DNA from: a virus
Virus record (IMG/VR): IMGVR_UViG_3300045988_111260
DNA: 64,000 nt
Direction: 5' to 3' (one strand)
This document shows, one piece after another, positions 37,875 to 48,158 of the stretch. The first letter of the stretch is position 1. The number at the start of each line of letters is the position of its first letter. Under the pieces are notes generated by a model. That model saw only the letters and a list, made by a program, of their open reading frames with translations, searched no databases and was not told where the DNA came from. The position numbers were made by a program, and so were the translations under genes.

Positions 37875-39944
37875 TTAAAATTTAATTTTAAGAACTCTTT
37901 CAGTAGCGCCTTTGACCTTGACGATCATATCATCTCGTTTTGTAGAACTAAATCCAATTCCTGATAACTGGTTCGGATCATCTGCGACATGCATCTTACT
38001 TCCTAAAGCCTCGAATACTCTCTTATGCTGTACTAATTCCTGCTTCAAAAATTCATTGAAGAATCCGTTTGGAGTATCTTCATTTACACATCCATTTAGC
38101 ATGAACAGATAATGTTTGTGTCCAATTCCTGTCTGTTCATCCCAATAGTTAGGCGAATAACACATCACTGTTACTGGAACAAACTGATTTGTATTGATAC
38201 CCCAGATTTCTCTTGAAGATGTTGTTGATGGAAGTTTTTCTTTGATTGTGAATACTCCATCTTTTAATGTAACTGTAGCCACTGGTACATTTTCATCCTG
38301 TCTTAAAAGTTTGTCGTACTCAAATTCGTAAATCTGACCATCAAATTCAATCTCTGCTGTAAATCCAGATGTACCGTTCACATGATGATAATTGTGTACA
38401 AAAAATTCATAGTCTCCATCAACCATCTTGGATTTGTCTGCCCATGTGATATTTTCTACGGCTGGTTTCCCTTTAATCGGATCAATTACATCAACATCAA
38501 GTCTGCCTCCTGTTTTTCTATCTAGCATATGACTAAAGAAAATATGCTCACAAGGTGTTTTGCAATGTGCATCAAAATCATCTCTGTTCCAATCTTTTCC
38601 TGCATTCCACTGAATTGAAAATCTTAAAACTCCATCAACTGCACCACCTGCGTTCTTAACTCTTTCTTTCATTTCACTGTCTGTCATATTTCCTGAGTAT
38701 GCCCAACTGAAAGGATTTCCCCATTTCATCATATTCTTAGCATCTTTATTTACAGGTGCGATCAGTGAAACCATATTCTTCTTGTGACGATTTTCAAACA
38801 GAACTTCTAATTCTTTTGCCGTTGGTAGAACATCTGATACAAATTTCTCTGCACTAATCTCTTCTACTTTAGAAAATTTCTTAGGATTTACAGCGACTTC
38901 TTTACTCATCTCGTCAAAAATATCTAAGCCACCCTGAATACGTGGTGCTGCATCACGATTACAAAATAGAATGTTATTTACAGTAATGTCATCAAGTCTT
39001 GCAAATCTACGCTGTAATGAATCCATATATCCTAAATCGGTTACAGTTTTCTTTGCATCCTCAAGCATTTTCTTTGTAAAGATTGCTTTTGGTCGTTTGT
39101 AATTAGCAGGAGCTACAACATTTTCATAAGCTTTTACTGCATTATCTAAATCCATACCTTCGCTGATATTCACAAGTAATGTACCGATGCTATGGTTTCT
39201 AATACGACCAATTACATCTCCGATTGTCATGGCTTTTGCCCATGTGTATGTATCTTTCTTTTCATCGGATAAACCATTGTATTCTCGCTGATATTTTCTA
39301 AAGTCCTTTAAGACTCTCTCCCATTCCTGTCCTCTATAAAGAGTATTTGAAGCGATCAACTCTAATACTGTATCAACAGCTTCTTCTGTGATTTCATCAA
39401 GTGATCTTTTAAATACATTTTTTCGATCTCTGACTTTTGCTTTTGCTGTAGGAATATCAGATTTTCTCTCTAGTAATCTCTCTGGAATTGGCGTATACAT
39501 ATGAGTCCATTTAATAATCTGCTTATCTTCTGTATACTCATTTGTACTTTTTACTCCAACTGTATTTGTGAAATGTCTCCAAATATCTTTGATTGGTTTT
39601 GATTCTACATATGTTCTTAAAGCATCAACTACTGGCTGAAATACAGCATCCTCAGTGTCGATCTCCCAGACTGTATGAATCTTGCCATCAACAATTGTGA
39701 CAGCTCCACCGATTGTTTTAATGAAGTTTCGGCAATGCCCACAATCGTACTCTCGTCGCTTGCGATACATTTTGTTGGTTCCTTCGAGAAAACTACTCAA
39801 ATATACTTCCCAAAGCTCATCCTTATCAATGTCGGTTTCATACAATGTAGAATTGTTTCTCTCTACATAGTCGAGCATTTTATTTAAACGCTCTGATAAT
39901 TTGTTTAAAAAGTTGCTCCAATTTTCATTCATTGGTGTGCACAT
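37875..39944 (-). CDS. Large hypothetical protein (689 aa)
   Basis: Long uninterrupted ORF; no motif I can assign with confidence (contains YDCGHCRNF, HNYHHVNG). Confidence 0.45.
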   Translation of the reverse strand: MCTPMNENWSNFLNKLSERLNKMLDYVERNNSTLYETDIDKDELWEVYLSSFLEGTNKMYRKRREYDCGHCRNFIKTIGGAVTIVDGKIHTVWEIDTEDAVFQPVVDALRTYVESKPIKDIWRHFTNTVGVKSTNEYTEDKQIIKWTHMYTPIPERLLERKSDIPTAKAKVRDRKNVFKRSLDEITEEAVDTVLELIASNTLYRGQEWERVLKDFRKYQREYNGLSDEKKDTYTWAKAMTIGDVIGRIRNHSIGTLLVNISEGMDLDNAVKAYENVVAPANYKRPKAIFTKKMLEDAKKTVTDLGYMDSLQRRFARLDDITVNNILFCNRDAAPRIQGGLDIFDEMSKEVAVNPKKFSKVEEISAEKFVSDVLPTAKELEVLFENRHKKNMVSLIAPVNKDAKNMMKWGNPFSWAYSGNMTDSEMKERVKNAGGAVDGVLRFSIQWNAGKDWNRDDFDAHCKTPCEHIFFSHMLDRKTGGRLDVDVIDPIKGKPAVENITWADKSKMVDGDYEFFVHNYHHVNGTSGFTAEIEFDGQIYEFEYDKLLRQDENVPVATVTLKDGVFTIKEKLPSTTSSREIWGINTNQFVPVTVMCYSPNYWDEQTGIGHKHYLFMLNGCVNEDTPNGFFNEFLKQELVQHKRVFEALGSKMHVADDPNQLSGIGFSSTKRDDMIVKVKGATERVLKIKF

Positions 39945-39966
39945 AATTTATCTCCTTTTCATTTTG

Positions 39967-41349
39967 TTATTTAATTGCAACAAAAACTTCACCATTCTTA
40001 TTGTCATTAATATAAATTTCCTTGCCTTTAAGCTCTGGGAAATATTTCTTTACAAGTTTTTTAAACTCATTTGCAAGTTTAGAATCACTTGGAGTGTAGT
40101 GTACTTTGTCACTTGAGAACTCAGCAATACAATCTACTGTTGTTCTTCTTAAGAACTTCGCATGAAGTAAACCTTTTCTTTCCTCTTCTCTCCGCTTGTC
40201 CTTCTCAAGAATCTCTTCCAATTTACATAAGTTTTCTGTGACCTCAATACAGCTGCTTGGATATTTCACATATTTGTTTGTCCAAAAATCAACTGCATCA
40301 TGAGTGTCTGCATTACCAAACAGGTATTTTAATACACAAGTCTTGAAACCTTCTTCTCTGTTAAATCTGTCGAACCTGCTTGTATAAGCAACAGTTTCAG
40401 TACCGCAGTTCCAAACCACCTTAACCATACCTCTGTAAAATTTAGCCTTAGTTACTGGTTTACCACCTCTTTCGAGTGGCTTACCATTACTATCTAAAAC
40501 AGGTTCCCTAACTGTCATCTCTTTGTCTACATAAATAACTTTTTTGATTTTGTCTTTTAATTTTTCTGTATACATATCTTTCTCCTCTTCGTTTCCTGCA
40601 AGTTTATTCATGATTTCATCAATTTTTTTTGGCGAGAATGTTAAAGTTGCACTCATTTCACCATTCCAATCAATATGTGTTGGTGCGTCTGCTCGTAATC
40701 CACGTTCAGTTTCGGATCCTCCACAACATTCTTTCCACCAATTCTTTTCTGCTTCTGACGTTGCAGTAATTGGTTTTTGCTGATAGTGTGGCAGAGTAGA
40801 CACTCTTCTTTCTGAAAGTGGTGGTGGGGCTAATGTTCCAATTTTTATTTCGTCAGCTAAAATCGTACCTGTATGAATCTCAAGATCCTCGTTCATTGTT
40901 TGAAGTGGATAGGTCTTCCATGCTGTCGGTTCACCAAACAAGATCGTTTCCATCTTATTCTGATTTTGTTCATAAAAGGTAATCATTGCTTCATCTGAAG
41001 AAATGCTTTTTGTTCTATACTGACTTTTATCATAATCAAACGGAACAATAATCACTGCTGTACCGTCTCTCAGAAACATCTCTATTGGTTTGGCATCGCT
41101 GCAATCATACGATTTCCATATATAGTTATCCTTCTTTCCAAAATACATTGGCTTAATTTGGTAATTGATCATTGTAAATGGAAGTTTTTGGTACGATATA
41201 TTTTCAATTCTAAATGTAGCAATCATACTAGACGTACCAACAATAACTGCGTCTCCTACAATTCCTTTATATGTACCATCTGCTTCTTTATAAGTGTACG
41301 TTCTACCTTCTAAGTCCTGTATCCAAACGCCCGTTTTATTTTCATCCAT
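39967..41349 (-). CDS. Large hypothetical protein (460 aa)
   Basis: Long ORF, no recognisable motif. Confidence 0.45.
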   Translation of the reverse strand: MDENKTGVWIQDLEGRTYTYKEADGTYKGIVGDAVIVGTSSMIATFRIENISYQKLPFTMINYQIKPMYFGKKDNYIWKSYDCSDAKPIEMFLRDGTAVIIVPFDYDKSQYRTKSISSDEAMITFYEQNQNKMETILFGEPTAWKTYPLQTMNEDLEIHTGTILADEIKIGTLAPPPLSERRVSTLPHYQQKPITATSEAEKNWWKECCGGSETERGLRADAPTHIDWNGEMSATLTFSPKKIDEIMNKLAGNEEEKDMYTEKLKDKIKKVIYVDKEMTVREPVLDSNGKPLERGGKPVTKAKFYRGMVKVVWNCGTETVAYTSRFDRFNREEGFKTCVLKYLFGNADTHDAVDFWTNKYVKYPSSCIEVTENLCKLEEILEKDKRREEERKGLLHAKFLRRTTVDCIAEFSSDKVHYTPSDSKLANEFKKLVKKYFPELKGKEIYINDNKNGEVFVAIK

Positions 41350-41363
41350 TCTTTATCTCCTCT

Positions 41364-42221
41364 CTAAGCTGACGCACTCTGTGAGGCAAAATATTCTGCT
41401 AATTTCTTTGCCAGATATAACTGTCCTTTGCCAGTCACATATGTCTTAGTGATCAACTTGCTTCCATTCTTAGTTTCTACTTCGCTTTCTGTTAACTTGA
41501 AGATGCCCTGCTTAACATATCTTTCATATGGTGTGTTATCTGACATGAGATACCCTTCTTTTCTTAACCACGCAAACAATTTGTTTCTACCCATATGAAT
41601 ATCTTGATTTTCTTTCTCAAGAAGCTTTGCCATTGTTTTCATATCAACCATTGTTGGTGTGGCACTGACCGTATTGGCAAAATCGACAAGTGGCTTCTGT
41701 TGACTGATAACTTCTTCTTTCTGAGCTAATAACTCGTCCTTTTGTGCCAAAGTGTTTTGCATAATATTCAGTGCTTTCGCCATGATGGTTAAATCATCAT
41801 CTTCTTTTTCAATCGGAATATATCCACCTGTTTTGCGTATCTGCGGAAGAACCTCGGATGTAACCCAGCGTTTAAACCGATGAAGCTTCTCGATTCTTTC
41901 TTCAATAAGGGGGTCATTTTGTGACACCCCCTTTGCTTTTGCAGGTTGCATCATAAATAGTAATGCATATAATCCAGATTCATTAATCACAGTCATCGTC
42001 TGCTTTCCACCAGCTGTCTGAATTTTGATCATCATCTTATCTGAACTATCAATTCTACTTAAACTACGTTTATGATTCGTGTCTCCAAATTGTCCGCAAA
42101 TATCTTTCCCGACAAACCAAGGTTTCCCATCAATTGATACACCTCTAATATTGTTAAACTCATCGTTGTTAAAAATAATTGTGTCTAACACTGTTTGTAA
42201 TTCATTCTTTTCTTCTGTCAT
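41364..42221 (-). CDS. Phage antirepressor (Bro-N domain plus KilA-C-like C-terminus)
   Basis: FNNIRGVSIDGKPWFVGKDICGQFG...ESGLYALLFMMQPAKAKGVSQ...FKRWVTSEVLPQIRKTGGY matches the Bro-N consensus. Confidence 0.65.
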   Translation of the reverse strand: MTEEKNELQTVLDTIIFNNDEFNNIRGVSIDGKPWFVGKDICGQFGDTNHKRSLSRIDSSDKMMIKIQTAGGKQTMTVINESGLYALLFMMQPAKAKGVSQNDPLIEERIEKLHRFKRWVTSEVLPQIRKTGGYIPIEKEDDDLTIMAKALNIMQNTLAQKDELLAQKEEVISQQKPLVDFANTVSATPTMVDMKTMAKLLEKENQDIHMGRNKLFAWLRKEGYLMSDNTPYERYVKQGIFKLTESEVETKNGSKLITKTYVTGKGQLYLAKKLAEYFASQSASA

Positions 42222-42304
42222 TCAATACCTCCTAAGTTATAATTTTACATTTTAATTTTGCACAAATGCCTGTGCAAGTCATCATATATAATAATGAAGA
42301 AACT

Positions 42305-42955
42305 CTACCCAATTATATTCTGGATCAGCTCATAATACTTTGTCCTGCCGACATACGACTTATGTTCTGCATCTTTTAATTCTTTCTTCAAAGTACATAT
42401 GTCTTTCTGATTATCCATGCAATTCTGCATCACTTCTATGTATCGAATACAATTCTTGATCTTTCTATGCAATTCTTGTAAGGTTTTAAGATACCCAACA
42501 ATCACTGCACGTTTCGCAGCATCAATCTTTTTAAACTCAATCGCATGAAGAATATCACTTCTGGCAGAATCGGCATATGATAATGCCTGTTCTAACTCAA
42601 ACTTCTTTTCTCCTAATTGATCTGAGTCATATGCTAAAAGCCCTACTATAGCTCTTTCCTCAGTCTCTATGTTGTCGATCAATGTATTATCACATTCCCA
42701 ATCCATAAAGCAATTTCCATTACCTTTACGCATTATTTCACTAGATTCCATAGGTTTTCCAACTTTACCTAGCTCAATTTCTCTGGCATGAAATCCGTCT
42801 TTCATCCACGTATATTTATGCTTCAAACCTAAAATGTGCTTTGCTTGCTTAGAGGTAAATTGAGTAGCTTCAGACTTACGATTATCACGAACGTATTTAT
42901 TTCTTGCATGATCTCTTTTCACATAGAACTCTCCATTCGTAATTATGTATTTCAT
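42305..42955 (-). CDS. Hypothetical protein
   Basis: 216-aa ORF. Confidence 0.4.
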   Translation of the reverse strand: MKYIITNGEFYVKRDHARNKYVRDNRKSEATQFTSKQAKHILGLKHKYTWMKDGFHAREIELGKVGKPMESSEIMRKGNGNCFMDWECDNTLIDNIETEERAIVGLLAYDSDQLGEKKFELEQALSYADSARSDILHAIEFKKIDAAKRAVIVGYLKTLQELHRKIKNCIRYIEVMQNCMDNQKDICTLKKELKDAEHKSYVGRTKYYELIQNIIG

Positions 42956-43148
42956 ACATCACTCCTGTATTTAATTGTAGTTTTTTGGAAAAATTTTCAT
43001 ATTGACGAACATATTTAGAATTGTTATAATGATTTTAAGGATAATAATATCCTTATCTCTTAAACAATTCTAAATATCAAATTCGATTTTCTATCGTGCT
43101 GCCAACACGGTAGATTCAAAAAATCTTTTTTTGTTATCTATGATTTGT

Positions 43149-43514
43149 TTAGTTGAAATTTTTAGTTTGTGTGAAAGTAGAAGTTTTACCAAAGACTTCT
43201 GCTTTCTTTTTTATTGTCTGTATTTTTATTCCAACATTGTATCTCTCTTTGTATGTAAATTGCAGGCATTTGATTATGTCAAATATGTCGTCCTGCCTAA
43301 TATGAGAGAACAAATTCTCATCTTGAATAAATTCGATCCAATGATATGAAAGATCTTTATCTTTGCCATAGATCTTCATCTTTCTATCATCTGCTCGAAT
43401 CTTATATTCACTCAGAAACCACGATGACATTTCTGATGAGTGTAAATCAAGTACATCAATATGCATTTGATTTGATTGATTCGCTACCAATGTTTTTAAT
43501 ATTTGATTGTCCAT
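43149..43514 (-). CDS. Hypothetical protein
   Basis: 121-aa ORF. Confidence 0.35.
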   Translation of the reverse strand: MDNQILKTLVANQSNQMHIDVLDLHSSEMSSWFLSEYKIRADDRKMKIYGKDKDLSYHWIEFIQDENLFSHIRQDDIFDIIKCLQFTYKERYNVGIKIQTIKKKAEVFGKTSTFTQTKNFN

Positions 43515-43528
43515 ACATATACCTTCCT

Positions 43529-44557
43529 TTATTCTGTCATAATTTGATGTACACGATAATTCTTATAGTCCTCATCTTTATATAAATAACCAATAGTTTT
43601 ACCAATTACAGTTTGACGATCACTAAATTGTTTCTTTTTTAATCTATATGATATATAATAATTATAATAAAATTCAATTGCAATTTCACTAAATTGACGT
43701 GCGATTATAGATCGTGCGATTCCTTCTTTTGATTTAATATAATATAAATCTGCAATTGCCTTGATATCCATTTTAGATTTTAAATATTGTATAAAACCAG
43801 AATTAATAACATCAATGGTTGTCAATTTCTCATAAGATAAAGTGTTACCAGTTAATTCTAATTGAGACTGCACATTATTATATATCCTCTTTTGCTCTGC
43901 TTGATATTCTTCTATATTATTACATTTTTTTCGTGGTATTAATACAAAATCATGATATATATTCGTATCTCCCATTTTCAATTTATATTCATTCAATGTC
44001 TCGATAAAATCTTTGGAGACTGGTTTTCCAAAAATTGTTAAATCATTTTGATTAATATCTGAGAATTTTAGATTTCTTAACTCCTTTCCATTTATCCCAT
44101 TATATAAACTCACAATATGAAATCTAGTATTCAATTTGGTATCGGCTGATGCATTGCACGACATCAGATTCGAAATAAACGCATTTATTTTATCTGGTGT
44201 AACATAATTAACATTAACTCTATTTGAAAAATATATATCAACTGCTAATTGCAAGTTTATAAATTTATCATTAACAAATGGATTATATTTAATGTAATTT
44301 TGTTCATATGCATAAGTATATAGTTTAACGAGCTGGTCATATCTTTTTTTAATAGAATTCATACTTTTGGTTTTTTTACCTCTAGTATCTGATAATATAG
44401 CCTCTTGGATTGTACCTGGTGCATACGTTAACCCAGATTCATTGTCGTCCGCAATATCAGAATCTAACAACCAATTCCATGTTGGGCGACGTGATTCTGA
44501 TACGTGAGAATCTATATAATTTTGTATCAATTCTTTATTATTCATAATATTCTCCAT
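43529..44557 (-). CDS. Hypothetical 342-aa protein co-transcribed immediately downstream of the MazF-like gene
   Basis: Start is 3 nt after the toxin-like stop; no recognisable catalytic motif. Confidence 0.4.
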   Translation of the reverse strand: MENIMNNKELIQNYIDSHVSESRRPTWNWLLDSDIADDNESGLTYAPGTIQEAILSDTRGKKTKSMNSIKKRYDQLVKLYTYAYEQNYIKYNPFVNDKFINLQLAVDIYFSNRVNVNYVTPDKINAFISNLMSCNASADTKLNTRFHIVSLYNGINGKELRNLKFSDINQNDLTIFGKPVSKDFIETLNEYKLKMGDTNIYHDFVLIPRKKCNNIEEYQAEQKRIYNNVQSQLELTGNTLSYEKLTTIDVINSGFIQYLKSKMDIKAIADLYYIKSKEGIARSIIARQFSEIAIEFYYNYYISYRLKKKQFSDRQTVIGKTIGYLYKDEDYKNYRVHQIMTE

Positions 44558-44559
44558 TT

Positions 44560-45009
44560 CTAGGATGCCATTGCATTCATGTACGATAACATGCCGTTTT
44601 GTATTAAAATGCCATGTCCTATTTTTAACATTAAAGATAGATCAGATATTCTTCCCCAATACTCTAAAAGATTATTCTTTGGAATTGTTCTTCCTTGCTC
44701 TAAATACACCTGTGATACCATTTTTAATCCATTACTGGTATTTGGATAAATGGTTACATGTGTCGGTATCCAGTTCCTTAATTTTTTTGTAATTGGATAC
44801 ACGTTAATCTCTGTGCTCGTATTATTACAAATATTATTAGAATATACGATGACTGGTCTTTTCCCATGCAAGATATGACTACCTTCAATTTTCGGCAAAT
44901 CTGCAAAATATATTCCCCAAACTTGAGGATTTTGATATTTGCCATATACATATTCTTTTCTTTTTCTGTTATCGTTTCCTTTTCTTTCTTTGTTAGTATA
45001 TCCGTTCAT
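44560..45009 (-). CDS. MazF/PemK-family endoribonuclease toxin-like protein with basic N-terminal extension (start MNGYT, RBS GAGGGA)
   Basis: GIYFADLPKIEGSHILHGKRPVIVYSNN...VYPITKKL...QVYLEQGRTIPKNNLLEYWGRISDL resembles the PemK/Kid core (GEIWLVSLDPTAGHEQQGTRPVLIV...VVPVTS...CDQPRTIDMK...LGRLS). Confidence 0.6.
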   Translation of the reverse strand: MNGYTNKERKGNDNRKRKEYVYGKYQNPQVWGIYFADLPKIEGSHILHGKRPVIVYSNNICNNTSTEINVYPITKKLRNWIPTHVTIYPNTSNGLKMVSQVYLEQGRTIPKNNLLEYWGRISDLSLMLKIGHGILIQNGMLSYMNAMAS

Positions 45010-45054
45010 TTTTACGTCCCTCAACTTTCCCCAGTTGCATTTTTTGTTTTCATG

Positions 45055-45115
45055 AATTAAATATACCATACTTTTTGCACCCTGTCAATAGGTGCAAGAA
45101 AGAAAGTTAATTTTT
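45055..45115 (-). promoter_or_regulatory. Sigma-A-like promoter (TTGACA-17-TATATT) within the same palindromic operator TTGCACC-N8-GGTGCAA; copy 2
   Basis: About 50-bp block near-identical to 4262..4315; -35 lies inside the palindrome spacer; drives the MazF-like gene. Confidence 0.5.
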
Positions 45116-45169
45116 GTTGTGAACAAAGAATCTCTACATTTCTTATTATAATGCTACCATAGAACAAAA

Positions 45170-45490
45170 TCAAGATATTTTTCGAACAGATGTTCTCTTT
45201 TTGTTCGAACACTTTACTTTGTGCTTACTTGGAAGGGGGAAATACTGTCTAACTTTATGAGGCTTACTCAGTTTCCACTTCTTTTCCTCAAAGTCATAGT
45301 CGCAAAAATCAAGCACTTCGCCCACACATCCATCATTATATTGGTAATCCACGATAACAGGATATGTTTTATATCTCATATAACGTGATGCATTATCTGG
45401 TTTTAGTGGTGGAATCTCTGCTGAAATCCACATAAGATTCTGGTTTGCTTTCTTTTCTTCCTTATTTTGTCTAATCGTATTTATCTTCAT
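45170..45490 (-). CDS. Hypothetical protein
   Basis: 106-aa ORF. Confidence 0.4.
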   Translation of the reverse strand: MKINTIRQNKEEKKANQNLMWISAEIPPLKPDNASRYMRYKTYPVIVDYQYNDGCVGEVLDFCDYDFEEKKWKLSKPHKVRQYFPLPSKHKVKCSNKKRTSVRKIS

Positions 45491-45501
45491 ACAAAATTCT
45501 C

Positions 45502-46248
45502 CTATAAAATCCTAATAATTTGTTCGTAAATTGCAATCGCATTATCTTCTGGAAAGTTCTGGTTCACATGCATATGCCCAAAGAACCATTTTTGATAAAT
45601 CACTTTGCCTTTTATTTGCTGTAAATAATCCGTTAACTTGTCAGATTTGTACACTCCTGATCCTTGATCCATTTGTCTTAAAACAGATGTGTATGGACTA
45701 TGTGTAATAACGTAATCTACTTGGAAGTCATTTTTCTCTAAATTCATCACACCTTCTGCCATCTCTTTATCAGATGGCAATTCTTCTTTCCACCAGCTCA
45801 CATGATTAATCCTAAACATTTTGTCATAATCTCTGTACCATTCATTAATTCTTGGATCGTCTGGCTCTAAAATTCCATCTTGCACATCATGGGAACTGGC
45901 ACCGCCAAATGTAAAGAATTTCTTTCCTTGAATTTCAAACACCTGTCCACGCATAAGATGAAATACAGAGTCTTTGATCTTGTGAATCTTTCCGCCACAC
46001 CATTTCTCTACAGGATATTGATATAAGCGGTCGTAATTTTCATGATTCCCACATACAAACAATGTAGTAAATGGCTTGTTATCTAACCATTCCAGATTAT
46101 ATCGTTCTTCTTTTGTGTCATGCCACAGTCCAAAATCTCCGCAGATAATCACATAATCATCTTTGGTTAACTCAACTCCCTCTGGGAAAGAACGACTGTT
46201 TAATCGAGTCATCCAATCCCCATGTGTATCTCCTGTTACAAATATCAT
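45502..46248 (-). CDS. Calcineurin-like metallophosphoesterase
   Basis: GDTHGD, GDFGLW, GNHENYD, GHMH motifs in canonical order. Confidence 0.7.
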   Translation of the reverse strand: MIFVTGDTHGDWMTRLNSRSFPEGVELTKDDYVIICGDFGLWHDTKEERYNLEWLDNKPFTTLFVCGNHENYDRLYQYPVEKWCGGKIHKIKDSVFHLMRGQVFEIQGKKFFTFGGASSHDVQDGILEPDDPRINEWYRDYDKMFRINHVSWWKEELPSDKEMAEGVMNLEKNDFQVDYVITHSPYTSVLRQMDQGSGVYKSDKLTDYLQQIKGKVIYQKWFFGHMHVNQNFPEDNAIAIYEQIIRIL

Positions 46249-47195
46249 ACAATTACTCCTTCCAATAACTCTTCTAATGCCTGCATATTATCTTCATGTA
46301 CTCTATCATCTTGATCTGCATCATCTTTGCCAGTCTTATAAGCAAACTTGATAATCTCCATAACTCTATCATAACTCACATTAACAACATTTTCCTTCAA
46401 TCCGTTAAAAGCCCCACTGATAATTTCCTTGTATGTCTGCGCAATATCATCAAACAATACATGAGTTTCTTCCTCTGTGATTGTTGCATACAGAAATGTC
46501 ATTGCAGGGCTACTATGATTCAATAATCTCATAAGTGTATACAATACGTTCTGATCATCTTTATGATCGACAAGTGTCCAATACACAAAGTTCTTTCGTA
46601 ATGTATGCGTACCAATATTGTCCTCAATTCCAACTGCTTTAGCACCTTTTTTAACAAAATCCAAAGCATTTGCTTCAGTCATGTGTCCTGATCCAGACTT
46701 ACATGTTCCAAAAACATAATCATCCATTGGCACTTCGCCATCAATCTTGACATCATATTTAGTTCCTGCAACAGCTTCAAAGAAAATATCCACTGCTTCA
46801 GTTACCAAATCGTTAAAGTATACAGTTCTGAATTTCTTTGTTTTCTTTTCCTGCTTACGAGTCTTATCGTCTAATAAATCGCCCCATTTGAGTCTAACAA
46901 TATCAGAGATACGATATGCTGTATTGTTTCCAACTGTAACCAAAAGATTGTTTCTGGCAGCTACATATCGTTTGTACTCTGTGTACGATTTATCAATCTG
47001 GTCTCTAAAATATGCATTAAAGGCTGCAAATTGTTTTCTGTCCTTGATCGGATACACTAAAGATGATACGCCTTTTTGTTTGTTAGATCGAGTCCATTTA
47101 GGACTTCCATCCTTACGTCTTTTAATCTTTGTTTCAGATTCTTCTGCGTTATTATTGTTTACTGTTTCAATAACTTCAAACTGTGTTGCTGCCAT
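46245..47195 (-). CDS. Tyrosine site-specific recombinase / integrase
   Basis: Box I RISDIVRLKWGDL, box II GTHTLRKNF (HxxR), C-terminal LNHSSPAMTFLYATI with catalytic Tyr. Confidence 0.65.
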   Translation of the reverse strand: MAATQFEVIETVNNNNAEESETKIKRRKDGSPKWTRSNKQKGVSSLVYPIKDRKQFAAFNAYFRDQIDKSYTEYKRYVAARNNLLVTVGNNTAYRISDIVRLKWGDLLDDKTRKQEKKTKKFRTVYFNDLVTEAVDIFFEAVAGTKYDVKIDGEVPMDDYVFGTCKSGSGHMTEANALDFVKKGAKAVGIEDNIGTHTLRKNFVYWTLVDHKDDQNVLYTLMRLLNHSSPAMTFLYATITEEETHVLFDDIAQTYKEIISGAFNGLKENVVNVSYDRVMEIIKFAYKTGKDDADQDDRVHEDNMQALEELLEGVIV

Positions 47196-47221
47196 AATAA
47201 TCTCACCTCTCTTAGTTATTC

Positions 47222-47554
47222 TTACACTCTCTTAATTACTTTTTCTATTTCCTGTGCCAGCAGAAAATCATTTATTGCATTTTCATCGTCAGTAATCAAT
47301 GTATATTTCCATACTGGTGAACCATGATATGATATATCTTCAACCTTAAATAATCCTCTTTTACCAGTGTTATTTTCTCTATGATCTGACTCCAATAACT
47401 CTGTATGAATTCCCCAACTATCATATAGATGTCCATCGTATAGTATTTGAGCCGCAGCTATTAATATATTATATTTACTCACATCAACCTCTGTATTCAC
47501 TGTTCCGTATAATTTCATTGTTCCAATCTCCTCTCTAATTATTGCACTGTTCAC
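47222..47554 (-). CDS. Hypothetical protein
   Basis: 110-aa ORF. Confidence 0.4.
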   Translation of the reverse strand: MNSAIIREEIGTMKLYGTVNTEVDVSKYNILIAAAQILYDGHLYDSWGIHTELLESDHRENNTGKRGLFKVEDISYHGSPVWKYTLITDDENAINDFLLAQEIEKVIKRV

Positions 47555-47672
47555 GTACTTCTGGTCTAATTTCTACTTCGATTAATTCCATAATTCTCAC
47601 TCCTATTCTCTAAATTTAGGCAAAACAAAAAGAAGCCCATAAGCTTCTCAATCTCATTCTGTTATTCAATTT

Positions 47673-48137
47673 CTACAATGGTCTAATAATATCAGGATTC
47701 ATGATCAGAATACTATCACAATCCCAACCGTAAAGCTCATAATATAACTCGTAATCACCTTTTGATAAATTAAGCTTAATTGCATCAACTCCACCTTCGA
47801 CCATCTTCTCAAAATCTGGCACAACGCCCATTTTATCAAATAAATATTTTGGGAGATAACCCGATAGATCTTGAGTTGGAACCTGCTTTAAATCGGCTTT
47901 CTCTGTCCATTCAACAATATTTGCCGAATCATCCAATGTAAATTTAAAGTTTTTGTCCAGTTTATCAATTCTAAAATCATTATCAATACACCATTTCTCC
48001 CACGGCTGATCCGCCTTTATATCCGATGCCCATAAACCGCCAAATGGTTTGTTAATCATGTTTCTGTTCACAATTGACATAAACAACTCTTTCTCAAACT
48101 TATCACTGCCGTAGTGAATATAAATATTTTCTGACAT
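47673..48137 (-). CDS. Hypothetical protein
   Basis: 154-aa ORF. Confidence 0.4.
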   Translation of the reverse strand: MSENIYIHYGSDKFEKELFMSIVNRNMINKPFGGLWASDIKADQPWEKWCIDNDFRIDKLDKNFKFTLDDSANIVEWTEKADLKQVPTQDLSGYLPKYLFDKMGVVPDFEKMVEGGVDAIKLNLSKGDYELYYELYGWDCDSILIMNPDIIRPL

Positions 48138-48158
48138 TTTTCCATCCTTTCGTCAAAC

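Noticed and set aside
43529-44557. Tyrosine integrase call for the 342-aa protein downstream of the MazF-like gene
   Set aside because: I could not find the R...HxxR...Y catalytic signature. The real tyrosine recombinase is at 46245..47195.
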